A stretch of 64,000 nucleotides of DNA from Vicugna vicugna. Its lineage: Eukaryota. The notes beneath the pieces are model-generated. The model was given only the letters and a program-made list of their open reading frames with translations. It was not told the origin of the DNA and searched no databases. Both the position numbers and the translations under genes were made by a program. Below, one piece after another: positions 1 to 13,800 of this stretch (positions are counted from its first letter, which is position 1; the number at the start of each line of letters is the position of its first letter). Where the stretch lies: NCBI GenBank assembly GCA_013265495.1, contig MU058198.1, positions 2,368,419-2,432,418 on the forward strand. The letters run 5' to 3'.

Positions 1-3000
1 GGAGTAACATTTAGAATAATTGGGAGTGGTTCTCACCTCCAGGACAGGAACCAGGGCTGCCCATGTACTGTTGCAAAGGTTGTTCACAAGAGTTGAGCAG
101 CACCTGACCTGTGTGGTCATACACTGTGGGATGAGGTGTTATTTTTAACCCTGTGTTTTAATAAAAGTTTTTTTTTTTTGATTATATAGAAATAACACAC
201 AGTGGCCCTAAGTCCTGGCTGGGTTTTGGACTTTTTATATTGCAGGTGACATAATACCTATGTGTAACCAGCCAAGTCAGCCCCCCTCCTCCAAAAAGGC
301 AAGGGTTTATTGTGTCCTATAATTCAGAAATCCAGGTGGGTACTTTGGCTTCAGACACATTTGGATTCAGGGTCTCAAATGGTGTCCTCACTATTCATTA
401 TGTCTTCGTCTCTTGTTCTGCTGTTCACCAAACGTCAGCTTTGTTCTCTGGTGGCCTCAGCTCCTATCTCAGATTCAGATGGTGCAGAAAGGGATTGATT
501 TTTCTCTTCCCGTTGCTCAAGCTGAAGCCCCAGGCTTACCTGGAATGGGGCCATAATGGTTTGACTTGAGTCACAGCCCGTCTCTGAGTCAGTCACTGTG
601 GCCAGTGTGATTGGCTTAACAGGATCACGTAACATACCCCATTACCTGGAGATCCCCAGCCCAAACACATGACCTGAGAGTGTGGGAGAGGCAGCTCCTC
701 AAACAGAGGCAGGTGCGTGACGCAAGGTGGCCCCTAAGTCACCGTATCCACTGTGGTTGCAGTTGAAGACTGGTGGATTCTGCCGTGCTGGGCACATACT
801 AGCATGTGCACTGGTGGCTCAGTGCATCCCATGCTGACTCTGGGGTGCTGCAGGAGTGGCAAGTGGGAAATTCCAGCTCATTTCTTCAGCAGGAAGGCAG
901 CTCCTAGGGGTGAGGGGAGCCCCAAGGAGGACCAGTGGTCACTGTGGCTTGGCCCGCAGGCCTTGACCTAGGCATTGCAAACATCATTTCCTGCCCCAGT
1001 GGCTGCCAGAGAAGCCCTTTACAGCAAGACCCAGTGAAAGCAGTGGTTCGGTGGCCAGAGCCTAAGATAGCCTGTCTCCTGAGGGCTCCTGAAGATGCTT
1101 GGCTTGGCTGCTAACCCGGCATCCAGGTCACCAGCCTGGCCGGAGCTCAGCCCCCTTTACTGATGATAGTAAAAATGATGATGGTAATTATAGCTACTGT
1201 GTCTTAGTGTTTACCCTGTGCTAACAGTGTCAAATTAATGGGGTGGGTACAACTACATCCCAGATTATAGTGAGGAACCCAAGGCCAAGAGGAATAGCCA
1301 CATGGCTAGTTAAGTGGCAGAGCTGGGGCTTGAACTCGGTGCAGCTGCCTGTCCATAAAAATATTTTCCCAGGATATGTCAGGGACTGGGAGGGGAAGAC
1401 ATGGATGTCTGAGTGAGGGCAGAGGAAAACTTCTGGGGAATCTCGATGTCCTGGAAACTAGGGTCCTACACCTGGTCTCAGGTTCTCTGCTCAACAGGAG
1501 CAGACTCCTTTGTGGGCTGAGCAAAGCTCAGGTTAGTTGGAGTTGCCTAGGAGGCTGGATGCCCTGGCTGGTGCTGGAATAGGCATCATGGGGCTGAGTT
1601 ATGGGCCAATCAGGGGTCCTTGCCTGTCTGGGGAATCCAACATCCTCCTGGGGTCCAGTCCCCATGGGCAGATGTGGAAGCAGCTACCAAGTTAGGGCTC
1701 TGGATTGAGACCAGTTTTCTCAGGCTGACCCTGCCCAGGCATCAACTTGTTGTAAGAAATATGATGTGACTTTTGATAGCATAGGAGAGAAGGGGCTACT
1801 GGACCAGACAGAATGAGCAAGGATAAGGAAAAAAATGTATAGTACAGTATAAAAGTTTGGATAGCAAACTCTGAATATTGTGAGTCCAGGCCTATTATGC
1901 TGCCCCATGATACTGAGATTATGCTGCCCCAGGCTCCCTGTTTCATGGCTCTTCCATCTTCAGCACATGGCTTCCTCCTCATGGATAAATTTAGCTGCTT
2001 GAGCTCCAGCCATCACACCTGCATTCCAGCCAGCAGGAAGGAGAGAGAAAGCAGAAAGTTATACCCTCTCCCTTTAAAAAAAAAACCCCTTCCTAAAGGT
2101 GCATACAACACTTCTGCTCACATCCCCTTGGCCAGAACTTGGTTACATAGTCATACCTAATTGCAAGGAATCTGGGAAATGTAGACCTTATTCTTTGTGG
2201 CCACATGCTTAGCTAAAAGCAGTGGTTCTGTTATTAAGAAACAGAAAACAACTGTTGGGGGACGCTGCCACAGCTGCCTGAAGAGCAAATTTATGGCAAC
2301 TGAAAACCCATGAAACAGATCCCACTCACTCAGTTCTGGAATACTTATCAGGTGCCTGCCGAGTACAAGGCACTATGCCAGGCAGGGTCACAGCTGCTCC
2401 TATTGTTTCCCAGGCCCGGGGAAAGTGTCAGGTGTGTGGGGGAATGTGGCCAAGGGCCGGGGTTCTGATCATAATTCCCCTATGAACTAGCTGTGGAACC
2501 TCAGGCCACTTTCCCACTCAGCTCCCCTGACAAATGGGGGAGTTGGCTAGATGAAGGCATCGAGGTCACCAGCAGCACAGCTGGGATGTGCACCCTTGGC
2601 AGCCTGGCTCCTGAATTCGGGCTTTTCACTGCTGGGCTACCCTGCCTCGAGGTGCGCAGCCGAAGCTGTGGTTCTGGCCCCTCCCCTGGCACCAGCCCAG
2701 CCCCCAGAGGCCCAGCGACCAGGCTGGGCTGCTGGCAGCTCTAGGCAAGCACGTCTCTTGGTCAGCAGGGATTCTGGCCAAGGGCTGACCAGGGCAGAGT
2801 AGGCGTTAGGGCTGGGAGCAGCCAAAAGTGGGGAGAAGTGGGCACAGGACCCGGGGAAGATTTTGGTGACAAGCAGGATCAGGTGGCTCAGGCCTGGGAT
2901 CCAGGCAGTGACTGTGTCTTGCCCAAGGGGTCAGAAACAAACTCAGTTGACACTCAGAATAGCAATTTTCAAACTGAACTGAGAAATCAGTGTGGGTGGT

Positions 3001-3469
3001 GCATTAAGGATAAAGAATAAAAAGAAAGAAAAACAAGTAGAATAGAAAATAGCAGAGTGCGTGGTACGAAGTAACTTAGATTTTGTAGGTGTGCACTGTG
3101 TTAGGATGTAAATGTATTTCCCATCGTGATAACGGTCAAGACAATGTGCTGGAGACTCCCTGCTGATGGAAAGAGCTGTTAATTATTGCCTTGATCTAAA
3201 ACATTTTCTAATTTTTTTCACTTACTGTTTTATACTGAAAGCAACCTAGCTTTGTAAAAAGTTAAAACAGTAAAGAAGTGTACAAAAATGTTAAAAACTT
3301 CCCTCTGCCTCCAGCTCCCAGTCCCACTGCCCATCTTGTGTGTCCTTCAGGGAAGTTTTAATGCATCTACAAATGTACCTTTTCTTTAGCACAAATAGGA
3401 TCACCACCATGTAACTGCTCTTCCGCAACTTGCTTTTAAAACTTAACCGTTTTTCTTGTCTTTAAAAAA

Positions 3470-6400
3470 AAAGCTTTAGCTTTATTGAAATAGAATTCAC
3501 AAACCTACCAATCCACCTATTTAAAGTGTCAAATTAACTGCTTTTTAGTATATTCACAGTGTCATACAACCAACACCACAGTTGGTTTTAGAATATTTTC
3601 ATCAGTTCAAAAGAAAGCCTTTGGCAGTTGTTCCCCCATTTCTCCCCAGCTGTCCCCTTCACCATCCTTAGGCAATCACTTACGTACTCTCTTACAGATT
3701 TGCCCTCTTTGGACATTTCATATAAATAGAATTATTCAGTATATGGTCTTCTGTGACTCTCTTCTAAAAATTTGTATTGAAGTATAGTTGATTTACAATG
3801 TTGTATTCATTTCAAGTGTACAGCAAAGTGATTGAGTTGTACATATATATATGCTTTTTCAGACTTTTTTCCATTATAGGTTATTACAAGATACTATAGT
3901 TCCCTGTGCTATACAATAGGTCCTTGTTGTTTATCTATTTTATATATAGTAGTGTGTATATGTTAATCTCAAACTCCTAATTTATCCCTCCCTCCCCACC
4001 CTGTCCCCTTTGGTAACCATAGTTTATTTTCTATGCCTGTGAGTCTATTTCCAATTTGTGGGTAAGTTCATTTGTATCATTTTTTTTTTCAGATTCCACA
4101 TATAAGTGGTATCGTAATATTTGTCTTTCTCTGTCTGACTTACTTCACTTACTATGATAATTTCTGGGTCCATTCATGTTGCTGCAAATGGCATTTCATT
4201 CTTTTTTGTGGCTGAATAATATTCCATTGTGTATATATACCACACCTTCTTTATTTAGTCATCTGTCAATGGACATTTAGGTTACTTCCATGCTTTGGCT
4301 ATTGTAAATAGTGCTGCTCTGAACATTGGGGTGCATGTATCTTTTCAGGTTAGAATTTTCTCTAGATATATGCCCAGGTGTGGAATTGCTGGATCACATG
4401 ATAAGACTATTTTTAGCTTTTTAAGGAACTTCCATACTGTTTTCCATAACGACTGCACCAATTTACATCCTCACCAACAGTGTACAAGGGTTCCTTCTTC
4501 TCCATACCCTCTCCAGCATTTATTGTTTGTAGACTTTTCAATGACGGCCATTTTGACCCGTGTGAAGTGATAACCTCATTCTAGTTTTGATTTGCATTTC
4601 TCTAATAATTAGCGAGATTGAGCATCTTTTCATATGCCTGTTGGCCATCTGTATGTCTTCTTTGGATTGATGTCTGTTTAGGTCTTCTGCCCATTTTTTG
4701 ATTGGGTTGTTTGCTTTTTTGATATTAAGCTGTATGAGCTGTTTGTATATTTTGGGAATTAATCCCTATCTGTCTCATCATTTGCAAGTATTTTCTCCCA
4801 TTCCGTAGGTTGTCTTTTCATTTTGTTGATGGTTTCCTGTGCTGTGCAAGAGCTTTTAAGTTTGACTAGGTCCCATTTGCTTGTTTTTGCTTTTATTTCC
4901 ATTATCCCAGGGGACAGATCAAAAAAATACTGCTGCGATTTATGTTACAGACTGTTCTGCCTATGTTTTCTTTTAGGAGTTTTATAGTATCTGGTCTTGC
5001 ATTTAGGAATTTAATCCATTTTGAGTTTATTTTTGTATACAGTGTTAGAGAATGTTCTGATTTCATTCTTTTACATGTAGCTGTCCAGTTTTCCCCAGAA
5101 CCATTTATTGAAGAGACTGTCTCTTCTCTGTTGTCTTTTCTGCATTGGATATACTTGCCTCCATTGTCGATGGCTGTCTTCGCTCACTTAGCATCAGTAC
5201 TTCATTCCCTTTTTTGACTGAACAGCGTTCCATTGTATGGCTAAACCACATTTTGCTTATCCTTTCATCAGTTAATGGATATTTGGATTGTTTCCCCATT
5301 TGGCTATTATGAATCATACTACTATGAATGTAAGTCAGAAGTTTTTGCTGTGGACATGTTTTCATTTCTTTTGGATATACACCTAGAAATACAGTTGCTG
5401 GATCCTATGATAATTCTATGTTTAACTTTTGGAGAAACTACCAGGCTGTTTTCCAAAGCGACTGCACCATTTTACATTCCCACTGACAGTGTGTGAGGGT
5501 TTCAGTTTCTCCACATCCTCACCCACACTTGTCATTTTCCATTTTTAAAAGTATATCCATCCTAGTGGATGTGGCTTTGATTTGTAACTCCCTAATGGCT
5601 ACTGATGTTGAGCATCTTTCATGTGTTTATTGGCCATGTGCATATCTTTAGAGAAATGTCTATTCAAATCCTTTGCCCATATTAAAATTTGGGTTGTCTT
5701 TTTATTGTTAAGCAACATGGGTCCTTACATAGTCCCTTATCAGACATAGGATTTGCAAATATTTTCTCCCTTTCTGTGGGCTGTCTCTCTACTCTCTCAG
5801 TGGTGCCCTTTGAAGCACAAAAGTTTTTAATTTTGATGATGTCCAGTCTATTCTTCGGTTGCTTGTGCTTTGGTGTCCTAGCTAAGGCTTTGCCTAATTC
5901 AGCGTCACAAAGATTTTCTCCTCTATTTTATTCTGAGAGTGTCAGAGTTTTAGCGCTTATAGTTAAGCCTTTGAAGGGGTTCACCTTCATTTTTTTGCAT
6001 ATGTGCATTCACTTGTCCTGGCATCATTTGTTGAAAAGATTATTCTTTCCCCATTGAATTGTCTTGGTTCCCTTATCAAAAATTAGTTAGCTACAGTTAG
6101 CTATCAATGTAAGGGTTCATTCCTGGACTCTCAGGTCTTTTCCATTGATCCCTGTGTCTGTCCTCATGCCAACTGTCTTGATTACTGGAGCTTTGCAGTA
6201 AGTTTTGAATTCAGGAAGTGTGACTCCTCCAACTTTGTCCTTCTTTTTTGTAAAGTTCTTTTGGCTATTTTGGGTGCCTCGAATTTACATATGAACTTTA
6301 GGACCATTTTGGTCATTTCTTCAATGAAGCCACTGGATTTTTGATAATGACTGGGTTGAATTTGAAGATCAGTTTGGGGAGTACTACCATCCTAACTGTG

Positions 6401-6650
6401 TTCAGTCTTCTGGTGTGTGAACATAGGATATCTTTTCACTTATTTAGGTCTTTTTAAATTTCTTTTGACAGTTTGTTTTTCAATGTGCAAGTCATGCATT
6501 TTTGTTAACCAAATATTTTATTCTTTTTGATGCTATTATAGATGGAATTGTTTTCTTGGTTTCATTTTTAAAATTTTTCCTTGCTGGTGTATAGAAATAC
6601 TACTGATTTTTGTACCCTACAGCCTTGCTGAACTGTGTCTTGACTATCTT
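3470..6650 (-). mobile_element. Older LINE-1 (L1MB-like), interrupted by the younger L1 at 3766-5170
   Basis: tttattgaaatagaattcac...tggacatttcatataaatagaatt, resuming at about 5170 with L1 ORF2 antisense text. Confidence 0.8.
3766..5170 (-). mobile_element. LINE-1 3' fragment (ORF2 end plus 3' UTR) nested in an older L1
   Basis: ttgaagtatagttgatttacaatgttgt 3' end, then agattccacatataagtg...atccattttgagtttatttttgta. Confidence 0.9.
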
Positions 6651-6809
6651 TGCATGTCTTTGTCTTTTTTAATAACAGTCACATAGTATTTCATGGTATA
6701 GGAAAACGTTTATATAACAGGCCTCCATTGATGGGCACTGTGGGCGCTTAACCCTCCTTTAACTGACAGTGCTGCTGAGAATGCTCTTCCGGCCCCTCAT
6801 ACATTCCGG

Positions 6810-7295
6810 GGATGTACTGAGTGCCCACTCTGTGCCAGGCGCTCTTTAAGACACTGGGGCTACAGACAATATGCTTTCTGTTTGAGAACATCTCCGTGAA
6901 GAAAATAAAACAGGCTGATGTGCTAGGGAGTGAACTGGGTGTGCGTTTGAGAGGGGTTCTTTGAATTGAGGAGTCAGAGAAGATATCTCTAGAGAGGTGA
7001 TGTTTGAGCTGAGATCCAAATGATGAGAAAGACCCATTGTTGGGCAATGGGGAAGGTTGTTCCAGGCATAGGGAACAACAAGTACAAAGGCCCTGGGGTG
7101 GGAATAGGCGCCCCGTGTTCACAGAACAGAAAGAGAGCTCAGGGGCCTGGACAGCCGCCAAGGCCGGAGGAGAGGTGGACAGGGGCCAGACCGAGGCGGG
7201 CCTTGTAGCCTTAAAAGGGGTTTGGATTGTGTTAAGAATGTGAAGAGAAGCTCCCGGAGGGTGTTAAGCAGAGACATGATCTTACCTAATTTATG
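6810..7295 (+). mobile_element. LINE-2 remnant. Others at about 26620-27100, 45350-45700 and 63420-64000.
   Basis: tactgagtgcccactctgtgccaggc...gttccaggcatagggaacaacaagtacaaaggccctg. Confidence 0.7.
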
Positions 7296-7549
7296 TTCCG
7301 AAAAAGATCAGTCTCCTGGTTTAAGCATTTATCTCCTGTTTCAAGCGCTGAATTCTTCCAAGTGGAATTCCTGGGTGGAGGGGTTGGTACATTGGAAACG
7401 CTCCTGAATGCTGCCTGCCAAGTGTCTGGTAGCTGGAGTTTCACCTCTGAGGTGCCGGCTCTTTTTGTCACCAGTGGCATTCGGGGCGAGGTGCCCAGCG
7501 AGCTCCCCGGCCCTGGGCCCCAGCACCCACCCTCTTGCTTCCCTTGCAG

Positions 7550-7625
7550 GACCCTCGCCGCTGCGCTTGCCCGGTAACTCTGGCTGTGCCGCCCGGCCCT
7601 TGGGTAAGACGGGCGCGCCGGGAAC
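7550..7625 (+). other. EEF2K: EEF2K exon 2, 5' UTR part (76 nt)
   Basis: Polypyrimidine tract and acceptor cctcttgcttcccttgcag ending 7549. No upstream ATG in this segment. Start codon in strong Kozak context (aacATGG). Confidence 0.9.
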
Positions 7626-7871
7626 ATGGCAGACGAAGACCTCATCTTCCGCCTGGAAGGCGTGGATGGCGGCCCCACCTCCCGGGCTGCCCACGACGGT
7701 GATTCGGGCGCAGACAGCGACGACGAGGAAGGTTACTTCATCTGCCCCATCACCGATGACCCCAGGGCACACCACAGTGTCAATTCCAAGGTTAATAACT
7801 ACCACAGCAACCTAAGGAAAAGTGAGCCCTATGGATCCAGCGGGTCCCCGGCAGGTTCCTTCCATTTTAAG
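7626..7871 (+). CDS. EEF2K: EEF2K exon 2 (first coding exon, aa 1-82)
   Basis: [12 protein letters not shown]...SPAGSFHFK, donor AAG|gtaagt. Confidence 0.98.
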
Positions 7872-10800
7872 GTAAGTGGACCGCCGGGCCCTCCCACCCC
7901 CACCCATGGAGCCTTGTGCTTGCTGCTTGAGGTCTTCCCTGTGTTTCCTAAGCCTGGCCACTGCTATAAATTCTCCATCTAGTTTATGCCTGTTAAGCTG
8001 GGAGGATATTGTTGGTTTAATACAAGTTTCATTACTTTGGAGCAGTGTTTTGCAAATAGCTGTTGGGGAACCCTCCCCCCACTGACTGGGGTGCATGTAG
8101 AAGGAAACCTTGACCAATATTTAAGACCTGGAACAGAACAGAGTAGCCTAGAAAATACTGGAAAGGGAGAGAGGGAGGGAAAAAAATATCAGAGAGCACT
8201 GCAAATTGTAAAGATCTTACTCGGGGGACGCATGTCCATGTGGTCACACACTTACATATGGTGACCAAATTGGCTGTTAATGACCAGACTCTCACGGTGC
8301 ACCAGTTGTTAAGCATTTTTGTTTCACTGCATGTGTGTGTCTGTGGGTCCCGGGCCATGATGTAAAATGTAGTTTTTCATGTTGGTTTTGGTCAAAAGAG
8401 CCCCTGCTCAAGTTTGGGCATCCTTCTGGATTGAGGACAAGGGTACTTATGTTGGTAGGGATTTGTGTTCATACCATGGCAAAGCTGGTGCAGAGAGGGG
8501 AGAGAAAGGCGAATGTTATTGGACTTCTGTATGCCGACTGATGGTGAAAAGAATTAAAAATGCAATGCTGTTAATCCGTATTTAATTTCATCCTCACAAA
8601 CAGTATCTGTTCGTATTGTGAGCAAAACGCCTCTTAACCACTTTGGGATTTGAAACTGAAGTCATTTCTTCTCTAGCTGAAGAATTAATCTGTTTTTAGA
8701 AAACTAATAATTCTAGTTCTTGGACGGTTCGCTGTTTTTTCCTTTCAGGCCAGAGTTCTAGCTTCAGTGTCTCTGGGGCAGACAGCACCAGAAATAGGCC
8801 TGTAGGTCCCCTCTGAGGATGGGGGGGCCCTGAAGGGTCAGGTTGTGGCTTGCCCTGCTTTCCTGTCCTAAGGCAGCTTCTGGAACGTTCAGGCCTGTGG
8901 AAGGCAGCGTGGGAAGCTGGGGAGAGCAGCCTGGCACTCCTGTCTGTTCATGTGAGTCAGGAAGGCTCGAGGAAACGGTGGTCCCTGCAGCCTCGTGTAC
9001 TGCGTGTGAGGCAATCCAGGTGCCAGAAGGGGCTGGAGGGATCAGGGCTTGTGAAACAGACAACAACTCACACCTGCTCACTGTACAAAAAAAAAAAAAA
9101 AAAACATTCTGACAGTCCAGAAGTGTTTCTTGGGACCCAGGGGCAGCAGCGATGTCTGGCTTTCAGGGAACACATCCAGGAAGCTGTAAGGCCACAGGAC
9201 CGCCTCCCTCTGTCTCGTCCCTCAGTCTCTCTTTGTCTGTTCTTTGTTCTTCTCTGCCCCTCAGTCTACACAGGGTGAAAATGAACCCTCACAGCCTCAG
9301 GATCCCCTTGTTGCAGATGGAGCCATGTGCAAGGACCAATTTGACCCTCTCCAGCCCAGCTGTGGGAGGAGGAAATCTGATTGGCCCAGACTGAGTCAGA
9401 CATCCTCTGTCTCTGATCCAGTCACCTCTGGCCAGGGCACAGGGTGGATGGTGGGTGGGTGGGTCACAGGGGAGGGGCTGCTTCCAGGGAAGGAGGATCC
9501 TGTGTCCTCCTAGTGGGGCAGACCCCTCAGAAGGGCTCCACCCACAGCTGCCTGTTCACAGGAACTGTGAGCCCAGTCTGGGCTCTTTGGCAAACACTGA
9601 GTGGGCCCAGGAGCTAAAGGCTCTCAGACAGGGATGGACATAGTCTCTGACCACAAAACGCAGTGTGGCAAATCCCTTAAAGGAAACACAGACGAAGTGA
9701 TGCAGAGAAGGGAGGTTTGTCCGTAGGTCTGGCTTTAGGATGTGAGCTTCATGAAGGCAGGACTCTGGGGCCTGTTCATCACATCCCCAGTGCCTAGAGC
9801 CATGCCGTGCACACAGTAGGTGTTTTCATTTAGAATCGCCGCGGGGATGGATAAATGCTGAACTCACCTCACTGAAGGTGCTATCTCGCTTAAACGACAG
9901 GTAGACAGTTTTTACGTTAAACATAAACCACTGTGGGCCACTTGACAGTAGTTACTAAAGTAAAAAATATTTATACCTCAGAGTTGCAGTGAACATATAA
10001 TATGATACTAGTTTCAAGTGGGGACAATTCTTTATTGAGTGAGTCTGTCCCTTACATTGTAGGACACTCAGCATGTCTGACCCCTGCTCACTAAGTGTCA
10101 CATCTCCCCCCAAATTCATTATGACAACCCAGAATGCTCCCCACCAGATATTTGCAAAGCCCGCTTGAGAGGGGGTGTTGCCCTCGGTTGGGAGCCAGTA
10201 CAGAAATATCTGTGCAAGTGTTCAGCTTACAGAGTCAAAGATGTACTTTGCAGTATTGTTTGTAATAAAGGAAATAACGGAAGCAGCTCAAATGTTCCGT
10301 GAAGAGGGGCCCGTTTGATTATAGACCGTGGTCCTAACAGAATGCTGTGTTCACATTAAAACCAAGATGCTGATTCTGTGTGATTTGACTTGAAAAGAGT
10401 GCCAAGATACACACATGTTTTTTGGGGGGGTAGGGGGCCAAAATCCATGAGAAGCTCTTGGGACAGTGCTGGTCCATAATAAGGACAAAAAATGTTAACT
10501 ATTTTTATTTTTATATGCTGTTAAGTAAAAAAGCAAGTTGAAATACAGTATGATCCCGCTTGTATCAAAAAGCATAAGTACACGTGTATTAGTATTTGAA
10601 TAGCAAAAACATAATGTTTAAAGTCAATAAAAATATAAATATAAAAAGTTACTAACAAGGAAAAAAAAAGGAGTTCGTATCCAACAGTAAATGGTGATTC
10701 TCTCTAGGGGAGAGGGTTCCCTTAAGGGGGACTTTGATTATCTACATTGTATATATTTTTAAACACTTGGGACTTTTAAAACTACATGTATGTTTTACTT

Positions 10801-13800
10801 GTGTGCACAGAAAGATGTTTTTAGAAGAAGAAAAATAAAGCAACACAGCCAGGTAACCACCCGTTCCCCAAACAAACAGGTTGGTAATTGGCCATCCTTA
10901 AAACTCAGCCCTGGTGCAGGTCAGAATCCTCGCTGAGGACGGGAGCTCATGTGGTCCCCAGGGTCCCTGCAGGGCTCTGTTCACCCGCACCTCTCCCTGC
11001 TGCTGAAACAGCCTTCACTTTTCACGCCTCTGCCTGAAACCTCTTCCGGCTGATGTCTGGGTCTGTTAAAATGCTCGTTTGGGTTCCCTAATCCCTAGAC
11101 GCCCTGCCCTGGCTATCTCGTCTGCATCCCCTGTGGCTCATAGTAGCAGCCCTTTCTGTGCATCTGTCATTCTCTAAAGCCGTTCTGTTTGTGAGTCAGC
11201 CCCTGCCCACAAGGCTAGTCTGTGTCCCATTGCATTCCCACTCCCCGTACGTGAGGGACTGTACGTCAGGGACTGGCCGTTTAAGGACGATCTGTAGCTC
11301 CTGGTTGCCCACTGTCCTGGGTGGTCGAAGGCAGGCTTTGTGGGGCTCCTGTTCCAGTGGTGACTTCAGAGGAAGACAGCAGCTCAGTTCTCCAAATCTC
11401 ACTCTCCCTGGCACTCAATAAACCTAACGTGTCTTTTCATTTACTGTCGACCCGGCAACCTGGGTTGTTTAACCTAGATGACCACCTGGCCTTCCTCCAA
11501 GGCAGTGCAGTCCTGGCAGGTACTGGCTGTGTATTGTACACTGTTGAGTTTGTCACTGTCACAGCCAGGGCGTTTTTTCTGAGTTCCCTGGGGGATGATG
11601 ACAAAATCGTTCAGGGGGCCTCCCCCTGGATAGAGTATCAGGCAGCCAAACAAAGGATGTTTATAGAGTTTATCATAATGTGGGAAAGTGCTTCCACTCT
11701 GGATAAATTTAAAAGCGGAATATAGAGTGTGATTATAGCTCTGTACACACACATGCACGCATGCACACGCATGCACACATGCACAAGACAAGCCTAGAAG
11801 GAAGTACATCAACATGCCAACAGTGTGTGTCTTTGAATAGGACCGTTCCTTTACTACTTCTCTGTCATTTCTATGTTTTCTAGAATAAGCACATGTAGCA
11901 AATATATGGTTTCAATTTTTTAATAAAGTTGAACACTTCATTTAAAAGAGTTGTTTTGCTGGTTTGGAAATATCTTTGGGATCATCCCACATCAGCACAT
12001 ATATAGTTGTATTTTATCACATGATGTACGTGGATCTATTATCCAGTCCCCCTCTTGGGGGGCACTTGGGTTCTTTCCTATTACAAAGAGTGCTGCAATA
12101 CATCCTATACATATTATCTCCTATACATATTATCTCCGCAAACTTCAGAATATATGTATTTTATAATATGTGAATAAATTTGGTAAACAGAATTCAACCT
12201 GTACAAATGGTAAACAGTAAGCCTCCCCTCTGATCCCTGTTTTCCTGGGGGATGTCCTTCCAGAAATGTCCTTTGGGAACATACGCATATGTATATGTAT
12301 GAGTCTCCTCCTTTTCTTTTTTGCAGAAATGTTGATTTACCAGTTTTGCACTCCTGTGGCTGCCTTCCCATATGGGCACGTAGGAGCTGACATCAGCTAG
12401 GACTTATGTAACTGGCATCGTGGGTCAGGCAGGCCCTACATTGCATGCTTTACTCATATCAACTCATTTATGTCTGTGAGTCTGTTACATAAATAAGTTC
12501 CTTCATGTCATTTTTTTCTTTTTGTTTGTTTTGTTTGTTTGTTTGTTTTGGGGGGTAATTAAATTTATTTATTTATTCTTGGAGGAGGTACTGGGGATTG
12601 AACCCAGAACCCTGTGCATGCTAAGCATGCACTCTACCATTTGAGCTAAACCCTCCCACCTTCATAGCAGCTCATTTAATCTACACAGTGTGAGGATTGG
12701 TGTTTTGACAGATGGTAAACCTGAGACTCTGAGATCTTAGGCCCTTCATGCTTTTCATGAGTGCAGTATGTTGTCTTGCTTGTTTTGTTGTTTTGTTTTT
12801 CTGGTGGCTAAATATCATGGCATTATCTGGCAACATGATAATATACTTAGCCAGTCCCTCATGGATGGGTTTGAAGGTTGTTTCCAGTCTTTTGCTTCCA
12901 CAAAGCATCCATAAGCATCTTTGTGCCTACATGTGTCCTGGTACCCACGCGGGGGTGTGCCTGCAGGGTAAATCCCCAGAGGTGGAACAGCTGGAGTAAA
13001 ATGTCTGTGGGTTTAAAACTTGGCTGAACGTTGCCAGTTACCCTTCAAACAGGTTGCACTGGCATTGGTGCCCCCATGATACATGGGCACGCCTGCTTCC
13101 CATGCCCTTCTTGGCAGACTTTGGTGATTAACTCAAACTTTCAACCCACCCAGGGTTGCTCTAACAGCTTGGTCAAAGGACAGTGATTGCCCTGGACTGA
13201 GATGGAGGAGCCAGCATCTGATGACTCACCGGGAAGAGAGACATCCCTGCCCACCCAAGCCCCAGGAGGCCCCAGCCTGGCAGCTTTGGGCCTTTGCCCC
13301 TGCCCACTGGCCACAGGAAACTGCACACCCAGGGATGGTGACCATTTTGGTGCTCTGTCCACTGCCCTGGGAATGCAGAATTGGAGAGGAAGCTTAGGTG
13401 TCCAGGGTCCAGAAGGCTTTGGACATCCAGCAAAATAAGAGCCTGATGGGCAGATGAAGGAGAAAGAGATTGCTTCTGGCATTGGGCAGGAAGCCACCTT
13501 GTGACCTGTGGTGTCTGGAAAGCAGGAGGAGGCTGAAGAGATTTGAGCCCGGCTGGAGGGACTTAATCTTTATGAAGCAGGTGCACGTGGCTGAGATGCT
13601 CATATCCTTTGTGGAAATGTGCTGGCTCTTCGTTAACAGAGGTCCCCCTGCTTTGATTTTATTTTGTAAATGTTTTTTAGTAACTCTATTGAAATATAAT
13701 TCACATACCACACAATTTACCCACTTAAAATGTATAATTGAATGGCTTTTAGTGTATTCATTAAATTATACATCCACGTCACCATGACCAAATAGCTCAT

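Noticed and set aside
4295..6057. Several hydrophobic ORFs of 70-120 aa
   Set aside because: Antisense translations of degenerate LINE-1 sequence.
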